Source of the DNA: a virus
Taxonomy: Duplodnaviria; Heunggongvirae; Uroviricota; Caudoviricetes
Direction: 5' to 3' (one strand)
Virus record (IMG/VR): IMGVR_UViG_3300036768_001066
Length of the DNA: 64,000 nt
A program made the translations under genes and the position numbers. How positions within the stretch are numbered: position 1 is the stretch's first letter; each line of letters opens with the position of its first letter. Below, one piece after another: positions 56,218 through 64,000 of this stretch. Under the pieces are notes generated by a model. The model saw only the letters and a list, made by a program, of their open reading frames with translations, was not told where the DNA came from and did not search any database.

Positions 56218-56446
56218 TCGACCAGGATGGACGACCGTGTCAAATAGTACCGTACTTAAATAGTGAAATGATAATGACAAAAAGCCCCAGAAAATCTGGG
56301 GCCTTTCGCTTGAAACATTTTATCCGCGCGATATATAAAGGGTACTTACGTTCAGTGAGTGCTGGGTACTAAACACACCCTCGAGGCGTTCCATAGGCGC
56401 CGATAGCATTTGCCGAATTTATTGCAAAATAAACAAAACAAGTAAC

Positions 56447-57220
56447 ATGAAGACAACTTCAACGAGTTCGTCGCCTGCTGCCTATTTGGCCGTTGGCAGG
56501 GACCAAAACAGACTCAAAATCTACGGAGGCAGCAAAGTCTATCTCCAAGACGGCCAGGAGTTCTTGATAGAGCTTTTCAATCCAACACAGAACACTATCG
56601 GCGCCAAGATCTTCATCAACGGCAAAGCCATATCCGGCAGGATGGTCGTGCTTCGCCCGGGTGAGAGAGATGTGCTTCGTCGGTACATCGACAAGGATCG
56701 CAAGTTCGTGTTCAACACCTACAAGGTGGGTGACACGCCGGAGGCGAGACATGCCATATCGCGAAACGGGTTCGTCAGGGTGGAGTTCTACCGCGAGTGC
56801 CGTCCGTACACCATGATAACCTGGGGTGTGGGTGGGACGAGCCTCAACATCACAAATACAGGCAGCGGCATGGGTCCGCTGTACAGGTCCACGACCGGAG
56901 ACGCCCGATCTCTGTTTAGCCAGGACCTCAGTGCCAACATTGGGGACGTTCAGTGCAACAATGTCACGCACGACAGCTTATCAAGTCTCAACGAGGTTGA
57001 GACCGGGAGGATAGAGGCTGGTAATGCGAGCGGACAGAGCTTCGACACGTATCACGGGACTTTCGAGTACTACAGCTTCGCGAACAGCGAGTACCAGATA
57101 CTGCCAATGTCGATGCAGCCGGTTGAGGCTTCCAAGATACGCCAGTATTGCCCTGGATGCCGCAACAGGATACGCAAGTCAAGCTGGAAGTACTGCCCAT
57201 CGTGCGGCGAGTTACTATAG
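56447..57220 (+). CDS. hypothetical protein with a C-terminal zinc ribbon (CPGC...CPSCG)
   Basis: 257-aa ORF. Confidence 0.45.
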   Translation: MKTTSTSSSPAAYLAVGRDQNRLKIYGGSKVYLQDGQEFLIELFNPTQNTIGAKIFINGKAISGRMVVLRPGERDVLRRYIDKDRKFVFNTYKVGDTPEARHAISRNGFVRVEFYRECRPYTMITWGVGGTSLNITNTGSGMGPLYRSTTGDARSLFSQDLSANIGDVQCNNVTHDSLSSLNEVETGRIEAGNASGQSFDTYHGTFEYYSFANSEYQILPMSMQPVEASKIRQYCPGCRNRIRKSSWKYCPSCGELL

Positions 57221-57418
57221 ATTAACAAAAACAAATACGACAACAATGGAACATGTAAGAATCAAGTCGGGTTCTACGGACATCATCTCCGTCAAAAAGG
57301 CACAGCGTTAGCTTCGCGTTTCCAGACTCTTTCTTCTGGTCGGCGAGGAAGGCGTTAAAACCTTCGATTGTTTTTCCTACCAATCCTGAGGTCCTGATGG
57401 TAGACCTGTCGAGAATAC

Positions 57419-57450
57419 AGACGGGTGGCTATAAAAGTCACCCGTTTTTT
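57419..57450 (+). terminator. rho-independent terminator (acgggtg / cacccgt plus a T9 run)
   Basis: Hairpin followed by TTTTTTTTT. Confidence 0.6.
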
Positions 57451-57527
57451 TTTGGAATTTTTTTTGTTGTTATGCTTCCATATATTAAAAAAAACTTCTT
57501 ATCTTCACTATAAAATCAATCAAAATC

Positions 57528-58415
57528 ATGACAATGAAAACCGTAAAACTTTTTACTCAGTCACAGTGGGAAACATTCGAGTACGATAAACTCAGCGACA
57601 TCTCCGCTGAGTTCAAAAAGCGCGGCATTAGCATCGGCCAGCGCGTGAGCATCGGCGAAGGCGCGAGCATCGGCGAAGGCGCGAGCATCGGCGAAGGCGC
57701 GAGCATCGGCGAAGGCGCGAGCATCGGCGAAGGCGCGAGCATCGGCGAAGGCGCGAGCATCGGCGAAGGCGCGAGCATCGCCCCCCGCGCGAGCATCGGA
57801 TGGGGCGCGAGCATCGCCCCCCGCGCGATCATCGGCGAAGGCGCAAGCATCGACCCCCGCACGAACATCGGCGAAGGCGCGAGCATCGGCGAAGGCGCGA
57901 GCATCGGCGAAGGCGCGAGCATCGGCGAAGGCGCGAGCATCGCCCCCCGCGCGATCATCGGCCGGGGCACGAACATCGGCGAAGGCGCGAGCATCGGCGA
58001 AGGCGCGAGCATCGGCCCACGCGCGAGCATCGGCGAAGGCGCGAGCATCGGCCCACGCGCGAGCATCGGCGAAGGCGCGAGCATCGGCCCCCGCGCGAAC
58101 GTCGGATGGGGCGCGATCATCGGCGACGGCGCGATCATCGGCCCCCGCGCGAACATCGGCCGGGGCGCGATCATCGAGGAATGCGTTATCGTGCGCTCTC
58201 TCAGCTTCAACGGCTCAAGACATCACGTGTCATATTGGGGCTCAGATGAGATTCAAATCGGCTGCATGAAATACTCTATAAAATATTGGCAAAATAACCT
58301 CAAGAGCGTCGGTGAAACCGAAGATTACAGCGCAGAAGAGATCGCGGAGTATGGCAACTACATCGAGTTGATTGCAAATTTGCATGAGAAAAACGCGCTG
58401 TCTCACATCGGATGA
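57528..58415 (+). CDS. hexapeptide-repeat (left-handed beta-helix-type) protein with the leader MTMKTVKLFTQSQWE
   Basis: About 28 consecutive I-G-E-G-A-S hexapeptides, encoded by an 18-bp tandem array. Non-repetitive C-terminal domain. Confidence 0.55.
   Translation: MTMKTVKLFTQSQWETFEYDKLSDISAEFKKRGISIGQRVSIGEGASIGEGASIGEGASIGEGASIGEGASIGEGASIGEGASIAPRASIGWGASIAPRAIIGEGASIDPRTNIGEGASIGEGASIGEGASIGEGASIAPRAIIGRGTNIGEGASIGEGASIGPRASIGEGASIGPRASIGEGASIGPRANVGWGAIIGDGAIIGPRANIGRGAIIEECVIVRSLSFNGSRHHVSYWGSDEIQIGCMKYSIKYWQNNLKSVGETEDYSAEEIAEYGNYIELIANLHEKNALSHIG
57650..58190 (+). repeat. 18-bp coding tandem repeat array (ggcgaaggcgcgagcatc and variants), about 30 copies
   Basis: Directly visible periodicity. 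It creates spurious antisense and shifted-frame ORFs in the six-frame track. Confidence 0.85.
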
Positions 58416-58663
58416 AATCGGTAAAACTTTTTACTCAGTCACGGTGGGAAACATTCGAGTACGATAAACTCAGCGACATCTCCGCTGAGTTCAAAAAGCG
58501 TGGCATTAGCATCGGCCAGCGCGCGAGCATCGGATGGGACGCGAGCATCGGCCCCCGCGCGAACATCGGCGAAGGCGCGAGCATCGGCGAAGGCGCGAAA
58601 ATCGGTCGGTGCGCGAGCATCCGCCAGCGCGCGAGCATCGACGATGGCGCGATCATAAAGTAA
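58412..58663 (+). CDS. truncated paralog of the hexapeptide-repeat gene (same leader, 5 repeats, no C-terminal domain)
   Basis: N-terminal 40 aa are near-identical to 57528 (MKSVKLFTQSRWETFEYDKLSDISAEFKKRGISIGQR). Confidence 0.4.
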   Translation: MKSVKLFTQSRWETFEYDKLSDISAEFKKRGISIGQRASIGWDASIGPRANIGEGASIGEGAKIGRCASIRQRASIDDGAIIK

Positions 58664-58815
58664 ATGAAAACAATAGCGCCAACGCTGGAGGCAGACCCGT
58701 TTCATGAAGGGATCTTGTTGCAATCGAAGGTTGTTCGATCAGCGATTTGATCTCGTCGCAGGACTCGTCGCACCAGTTGTTCAGATACGACTTGTCGACG
58801 CTCTCCTCGTAGAAC
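58664..58815 (-). CDS. possible small gene with strong coding bias but no in-frame start; possibly frameshifted relative to an upstream ATG near 58880
   Basis: ...EDGRKSQFYEESVDKSYLNNWCDESCDEIKSLIEQPSIATRSLHETGLPPALALLFSFTL, with G/C third positions throughout. Confidence 0.25.
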
Positions 58816-59069
58816 TGGCTTTTTCGACCATCCTCTCGTTAGGTGCCTCGCCTATATCTACAGTCTCTTGCCAGATGTCACGGACCCTCCGCATTGGCAG
58901 GTTCCGTCGATCTTCTGCATGTATATGTGTCCCCTCTGAGATTTTACAAATTTCTTGAACCCTAAGAGGGTATCCAGCGGAAAGGACTGTATTACGAGGT
59001 TTTGCCGGAAACCGACCCGGTGAACCACAGAAGAATTTCCGAAAACAAAATAATTAGTAAATTCGCACA

Positions 59070-61088
59070 ATGGCAAAAAGTTTATTCGACACAGAGGACA
59101 CGTTCATTGGCATCACCGATGCCAGTTTCGAATCTCGTCTAAAGAAGATGAGTCTCAAAGAAAAAGAAACCCTGTACCTTAAGGCTAAGGACCGCTACTA
59201 CAGCGGAGACCCTATCATGTCAGACCCGCAATTTGACAGGCTGGAGTTGTGGTTGGAGTCTGAAGATTCCAAAGTCACACAGAAGGTCGGTGGCGCCGAC
59301 GGCGACCGCGACAAGCTCATACACCCGCACATGAGTCCGATGCTTTCTCTTGAGAAGATTCAGGTTAACGATGAGGATAACTTCCCTTTGGCGGAGATCC
59401 AATCGTGGAACGCGACACACACGTATCCGCTCGAGGCAACTCCCAAATTCGATGGTAACGCAATTGAGCTTCAGTACCGTGGCGGAAAGCTTAAGCTGGC
59501 GATAACACGAGGAGAACACGGCAAGGGAGGTGACGTCACAAAGAAGCTGCTCACCATGGGTATCCCAGAGCAGCTCCCGGTCGACAAGGACATCGAGATA
59601 CGCGGAGAGGTCTGTATGCCGATGACCATTTTCAAAAACAAATACCAGAAGGATTTTAAGAACCCGCGCAACCTGGTTGCCGGCATATTGAATCCCAACA
59701 ACGATAAGGACGAGCGCTCGTCAGATTGCGCGTTCGTGGCGTACTCTGTGAAGGTACACCAGAACGGAAGAGTACACTACGTGGAAGACGCAATGGCAAA
59801 CCTCGAGCGCTTCGGCTTCAACAAGGACTATCCGGTTCGCGTTGAGACAATCCAGAACGCGCAGGATTACCGTAGAGTGTACGACATATTCAAGCATTAC
59901 CGCGAGGTGCAGTCTCCGTTCCAGCTTGACGGTATCGTATTCAAGACCCCTGAGAACAAGCGCGCTGCTATTGGGGAGAACAGCCGTCATCCAAAATGGG
60001 CGATTGCATTGAAGTTCCCTGCCAAAGAGGTTACCACAAAAATCATTTCACACGTTTGGGAAGTTGGTTATACCGGCGAGCTGAGCCCAGTTGGCATACT
60101 CGAGCCGGTTGATCTTGACGGTTCCGAGATTACGAGAGTTTCGTTGTACAACAAGTCGCGTATTATCGCGAGCGGTACGTTCCCGGGCGCGGTGGTTACC
60201 ATCCGCAAGGCCGGTGACATCATCCCGCAAATTATCAAAATAGTTCAGCCGTCTCCGGATAGCGCCAAATATATCCGCGACAAGAACTTCTTCCCTACGT
60301 GTTGCCCCGCTTGCGGAGGCAACATCGATGTTGAGGTTTACTCTACGAACAAAAAAAATGATGCGCCCACCGAGCACTTGATGTGCAACAACCCCGATTG
60401 CTCCGGTAAACTCACTCGCAAACTTTCTCTTGGTATATCCGCGTTGAAAGTTAAAGGGATCGGCGATTCCACTTGCGAGGGCCTCATCAAGTCCGGCGTT
60501 AAGACCATCTTCGACGTTTTCGATGCCACCAAATTCAACACTCAGGCATTATGTAAGGCCGGAGTATTCAAGCCTGGACGTCAGCTCGAGCTTGTCCTGA
60601 ACGCTATAAAGGCCATCAAACAGGTTGACCTTGACAAAGCGATTCTCGCACTACAATTTGATGGCCTCGGCGATACAGGGTCAAAGGCGGTTGCAGACCT
60701 CGTTGCCGGTCGCATACAGAATTTCGACAACATGGGATTGGAGAAGGCGGTTGTGGACCCGTTCTTAAATGCCAACTCTTGGCAGTCCCAGTCCATAAAG
60801 TCTTTCCTCGGAGTTTTAAAGGATAACGGCATCACAGTTAATATGCCGAAGCAGATTGCCGCAGGCGCTATCGTATTCGAGATGACTGGAAGCCCGGAAA
60901 GCGCCGGATACAAGACGAAGGAGGAGTTTGTTAATTACGTCGCACGTTACGGGTATGTGCACGGCAAGCTGGCCAAAGCGTCTCTGCTTATTACCGATTC
61001 GTATACTTCTAAAACCTCTAAGATGAAGGACGCAGAGAAGAAGGGCATCAAGATTATGACGTACGAGGACCTAATCAATTCACTGTAA
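59070..61088 (+). CDS. ligA: NAD+-dependent DNA ligase LigA (adenylation domain, OB fold, Cys4 zinc finger, HhH, C-terminal BRCT)
   Basis: KxDG adenylation motif ATPKFDGNAIELQ. Zinc finger CPACGG...CNNPDC. C-terminal BRCT-like GKLAKASLLITDSYTSKTSKMKDAEKKGIKIMTYEDL. 672 aa. Confidence 0.85.
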   Translation: MAKSLFDTEDTFIGITDASFESRLKKMSLKEKETLYLKAKDRYYSGDPIMSDPQFDRLELWLESEDSKVTQKVGGADGDRDKLIHPHMSPMLSLEKIQVNDEDNFPLAEIQSWNATHTYPLEATPKFDGNAIELQYRGGKLKLAITRGEHGKGGDVTKKLLTMGIPEQLPVDKDIEIRGEVCMPMTIFKNKYQKDFKNPRNLVAGILNPNNDKDERSSDCAFVAYSVKVHQNGRVHYVEDAMANLERFGFNKDYPVRVETIQNAQDYRRVYDIFKHYREVQSPFQLDGIVFKTPENKRAAIGENSRHPKWAIALKFPAKEVTTKIISHVWEVGYTGELSPVGILEPVDLDGSEITRVSLYNKSRIIASGTFPGAVVTIRKAGDIIPQIIKIVQPSPDSAKYIRDKNFFPTCCPACGGNIDVEVYSTNKKNDAPTEHLMCNNPDCSGKLTRKLSLGISALKVKGIGDSTCEGLIKSGVKTIFDVFDATKFNTQALCKAGVFKPGRQLELVLNAIKAIKQVDLDKAILALQFDGLGDTGSKAVADLVAGRIQNFDNMGLEKAVVDPFLNANSWQSQSIKSFLGVLKDNGITVNMPKQIAAGAIVFEMTGSPESAGYKTKEEFVNYVARYGYVHGKLAKASLLITDSYTSKTSKMKDAEKKGIKIMTYEDLINSL

Positions 61089-61089
61089 G

Positions 61090-61407
61090 ATGGATAAAGA
61101 AACAGAATTATTCCTGAGAGATAACTTTAGAACTACTAAGAATTCGGAGCTATCTGAGCGCACGGGCATAAAAAATATATACAGGGCTCTGACTAAACTC
61201 GGGTTGAAAAGAACTCCTGAAGAAGCACGCGCTATTATAGCGACTGCGAGTAAGGACGGACAGCGACTCGTTTTCACCAAGGACCACGAAAAATTCCTGC
61301 GCGATAATATGCACTCCATGAGCAATCGTGAGATCGGAGAAGCTCTCGGATTTAAGAAAACTTATATCTGCGATAAACTTGCGGAGCTCGGAGCGCGTCT
61401 TGTCTAA
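61090..61407 (+). CDS. tandem helix-turn-helix DNA-binding protein
   Basis: Two repeats, FLRDN...S..ELSERTGIKNIYRALTKLGLKRT and SNREIGEALGFKKTYICDKLAELG. Confidence 0.45.
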   Translation: MDKETELFLRDNFRTTKNSELSERTGIKNIYRALTKLGLKRTPEEARAIIATASKDGQRLVFTKDHEKFLRDNMHSMSNREIGEALGFKKTYICDKLAELGARLV

Positions 61408-61408
61408 T

Positions 61409-62107
61409 GTGGACTACAAGGAGGTTGCGGCGTCAAGAGCTAAGATTGAGGGCGGGAGCAGGAACAACAGTAAATCCAGGTGGCACCTTGTTAAATGGCA
61501 GACACTGAATGGTCCATTAAAGAAACGGCAGATGCTCGTTTATAGAACAGGAGACTTCGACAGTTTTGAAGATTTGATGGTAATTTCCAGGAGTAAATTT
61601 GCCAACTTTGTGCGTATCCGCGAGAAGAAGAAGGAACAGGCAAGAAGGAAGGAAGAGAAGGAGAAACAGAAACAGTTAAAGAAACCGAAGCGCGTCAAGT
61701 CGGCACCATCCCTGGAGTCGATTGAACGTAGGAAGGCGGCTTCTGCTGCGAACGAGAAGTTCGCGGAGTTCAAAAGAAATTACAAGCAGAAGACCATTGC
61801 GCAAGCGCAGGAGGAGCTCGTGAATGAGGGGAAGGTTCCCGTTAAGATCGATCACAAAACGACGGTGTGGGTTAGACGAGACAAGTGCGTTAGACTTGAT
61901 AACGGTAGCTGGGTAAAGAAATCATCACTGACAAACAAGAATAACTATGAGCATAAAAATGAGCGAACTGACACCAGAGCAATTAAAGGCGCTAAGAGCC
62001 GAGGCTATGAAGCGAGTGAACCGGAAAATGAAATCCACTGTGGAGAAGGACAAGAGGGAGAGGAAGTGGGCAGAACAGCAGAAATCGGAGAGCTCGGCCA
62101 TTTCTAA
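61409..62107 (+). CDS. basic KE-rich protein with a C-terminal KVPVKIDHKTTVWVRRDKCVRLDNGSWVKK motif; GTG start; 3' end uncertain because it overlaps the next paralog out of frame
   Basis: Paralogous to 61947-62216. The tail after WVKK has poor codon bias. Confidence 0.35.
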   Translation: MDYKEVAASRAKIEGGSRNNSKSRWHLVKWQTLNGPLKKRQMLVYRTGDFDSFEDLMVISRSKFANFVRIREKKKEQARRKEEKEKQKQLKKPKRVKSAPSLESIERRKAASAANEKFAEFKRNYKQKTIAQAQEELVNEGKVPVKIDHKTTVWVRRDKCVRLDNGSWVKKSSLTNKNNYEHKNERTDTRAIKGAKSRGYEASEPENEIHCGEGQEGEEVGRTAEIGELGHF

Positions 62108-62216
62108 GTCGGCGGACAGCGACAAGGTGCCAGTTAAAATAGACGCAAGGACCACCATCATGGTGAGACGCGAAAAGTGCGTGCAACTGAAAGACGGTAC
62201 CTGGATCAAAAAGTAA
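61947..62216 (+). CDS. paralogous basic protein ending in KVPVKIDARTTIMVRREKCVQLKDGTWIKK
   Basis: Good codon bias. Shares the C-terminal motif with the upstream gene. Confidence 0.45.
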   Translation: MSIKMSELTPEQLKALRAEAMKRVNRKMKSTVEKDKRERKWAEQQKSESSAISKSADSDKVPVKIDARTTIMVRREKCVQLKDGTWIKK

Positions 62217-62312
62217 CCACAACATAAAACAGATGGTAGAGCAGATGGTAGAGCAGAAGCCTAAGCGCGCTAAGACCCGTGAATAAAGAAGACTTCCCGT
62301 GGAAGATTTGTT

Positions 62313-62498
62313 TTGACGGACAATAGCGGAAAGTGCGAGTGTGACGAGTACGGCATCCCGAAGATGGTCGAGATGGAACTCGACAAGATGAAGATCAACT
62401 TGATGGTTGATGGGAAAGACATCGGCAAGTTCGAGAACCAGGTGCTTGATGTCCTAACTCCGTCTGCCGAATTGTGTGCAGCGTTTGAATTCGTATAG
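62313..62498 (+). CDS. small hypothetical protein
   Basis: 61-aa ORF. Confidence 0.3.
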   Translation: MTDNSGKCECDEYGIPKMVEMELDKMKINLMVDGKDIGKFENQVLDVLTPSAELCAAFEFV

Positions 62499-62544
62499 TC
62501 GTATATAAGGAAGCATCATCACCAAGAAGCTGAATAAAGTTGGC

Positions 62545-62847
62545 ATGAGCGATCCAGTAGTAATAGGACAGTGCCCGATTTGCGAGCGGGATATGTGGAA
62601 AGGTCCATCCATCGATAAGCACCACTTTACACCGAAGTGCCGCGGTGGGAAGGACTCCGAGTACCTACACAAGATATGTCACCGCAAGATTCACTCGCTG
62701 TGGACTGAGAAGGAGCTCGAGAAAGAGTTCAACGACCCCAACAAGGTCATTGCGCACCCGGACATGCAGAAGTTCATAGCGTGGGTCCAGAAGAAGGAGC
62801 CCGACTACTACGACAAGAACGACACTGCTAATCGTAAAAAGAAATAA
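62545..62847 (+). CDS. HNH endonuclease (small)
   Basis: CPICERD...DKHHFTPKCRGGKDSEYLHKICHRKIH carries the H-N-H motif with flanking Cys pairs. Confidence 0.6.
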   Translation: MSDPVVIGQCPICERDMWKGPSIDKHHFTPKCRGGKDSEYLHKICHRKIHSLWTEKELEKEFNDPNKVIAHPDMQKFIAWVQKKEPDYYDKNDTANRKKK

Positions 62848-62994
62848 CAAAATTCCAAAAACAAAAAATTATGTCAAAAATAATATCTAAATTCGTAAAG
62901 TTTTACGGCAGAATCGAGAACCGATTAAACAGGTTCGCCGCTTACATAGTAGCCCCATCGGCGCGAGTGCGCTACGAGGCGACTGCCCGTATTT

Positions 62995-63717
62995 ATGAAA
63001 TATATGAGAATTAAAGAGAATTACAACGGAAGGAAAATTCCACTCAATGAGGTTCTGTCCAAGGTAACGCCAGACACCCCAAAATTCACGTCCGCCTGGT
63101 TCGACGGCGCGGAGGTTAACATCGGTATGCTTAATGTGAGGCTGTACGCGGCCAAGGGATGCGACTGCGTCCATTGCGAACTCAAGGGCGCATTCTTCCG
63201 CATAGAGAGGATGGGCAAGGGCAACTCCATATTCAACGAGTGGCACCTCAATCTCTACGGCGTAAATGAGTACGGGACCGAGATACTTATGACAAAGGAC
63301 CACATACATGCTCGGTCTAAGGGCGGCAGCGACGAGATAGAGAACTTACAGCCTATGTGCGAGATATGCAACGTCAAGAAGAAGGACATGCCTATGCACG
63401 AGTTCCAAGCTAAGCATGGTGGACCCGCACCGAGCAAATACGACAGATATTTCGAAAAGGTGTCAAAGAGATTGCAAGAGAGATACGGGCTAAGCATAAC
63501 CAAGGAGCAGTTCGGTCACCTGCAGAAGACCGTGCGCAACGCACGGGTGATAAAGGACGTGGGATGCGGTAACAGCATCCGCGAGATGAAGTTGAACGGC
63601 CGCAGCATCAAGGTGTTCTACCACGGCACGCAGCGCTGCATAATTAGCGCCATGGAGGACAAGGACGACCAGTGGTTCCACGAACAGATGGTGCCCAATT
63701 TCGCAAAGAACGACTAG
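62995..63717 (+). CDS. HNH homing-type endonuclease
   Basis: CVHCEL...LMTKDHIHARSKGGSDEIENLQPMCEICNVKK is the classic HNH block DHIHPxSxGG...NLQ..C..CN. Confidence 0.65.
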   Translation: MKYMRIKENYNGRKIPLNEVLSKVTPDTPKFTSAWFDGAEVNIGMLNVRLYAAKGCDCVHCELKGAFFRIERMGKGNSIFNEWHLNLYGVNEYGTEILMTKDHIHARSKGGSDEIENLQPMCEICNVKKKDMPMHEFQAKHGGPAPSKYDRYFEKVSKRLQERYGLSITKEQFGHLQKTVRNARVIKDVGCGNSIREMKLNGRSIKVFYHGTQRCIISAMEDKDDQWFHEQMVPNFAKND

Positions 63718-63802
63718 GACCGTGCGAAGCATCTGTACCAGATGATACTGCCGAACCACAGCCTGACGCAAAACCATTGTTACCTGTTTTTTCTTCGGAG
63801 GA

Positions 63803-64000
63803 AATGAACTTTATCAGAGATGTTAAGATAGACAATGTGAATTATCCTGGCAGCATATTATATTTCCGAGACGACAAATTTATGTTTGAAATTGAAAATG
63901 ATAGAGTGTTTTTAAACTACCATCTATTTTGGAAGATTTTTGAAGATGAATTTAATATGAACTATGTTCAGATTCAAGACTTTATAAAAAGTGCGCTCGG
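63803..64000 (+). CDS. hypothetical protein, 3' partial, in a low-GC segment
   Basis: MNFIRDVKIDNVNYPGSILYFRDDKFMFEIENDRVFLNYHLFWKIFEDEFNMNYVQIQDFIKSAL, open to the window end. A/T-rich codons, unlike the rest of the window. Confidence 0.3.

Noticed and set aside
57650-58190. CRISPR array
   Set aside because: The 18-bp units are contiguous with no spacers, and they encode a hexapeptide-repeat protein. The 42-bp repeats at 42151-42630 are likewise coding.

Overview
This window reads as a segment of a large, distantly T4-like myovirus genome. The core genes are T4-type: a gp19-like tail tube, gp32 SSB, gp61-like primase, an SF2 DEAH helicase, DHFR, dUTPase, a family-B DNA polymerase, a gp21-like prohead protease fused to a repeat-rich scaffold, a gp23-like major capsid protein, and a RuvC-like resolvase. 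Coding regions have about 50-55 percent GC with a strong G/C bias at codon third positions, intergenic regions are AT-rich, and there are essentially no Shine-Dalgarno sequences. TATATAA-like motifs sit a few nucleotides upstream of many start codons, and two Bacteroidota-style TAnnTTTA promoter boxes are present. Together these suggest an SD-independent host, plausibly Bacteroidota.

The accessory content is unusual.
- A full-length major vault protein (MVP) homolog.
- A phage-encoded tmRNA with a G3:U70 acceptor stem, together with a ClpP.
- An NAD module: an NMN/NaMN adenylyltransferase domain, NadE, and an NAD-dependent DNA ligase.
- An MBD4-like HhH-GPD DNA glycosylase.
- A bestrophin-family channel, an M50 site-2 protease, LemA, a GGCT-like enzyme, a SprT-like metallopeptidase, a Pnk-like kinase and a GNAT.
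- About 20 paralogous proteins share an N-terminal leader (M-K-x-I-K-x-F ... L-N-E). It resembles the T4 capsid-targeting sequence cleaved by the prohead protease, which suggests a large repertoire of capsid-packaged, possibly injected, proteins. These include ParB-like nuclease-domain, nucleotidyltransferase-fold, AAA+ and hexapeptide-repeat proteins.

The DNA polymerase gene stops just after motif A, so it is split or truncated. There are several homing-endonuclease genes or remnants, two in-frame-stop ORFs, a homopolymer frameshift in LemA, and coding tandem repeat arrays of 42 bp and 18 bp. No CRISPR array or rRNA was seen. No cloverleaf tRNA was seen; the only tRNA-like element is the tmRNA.
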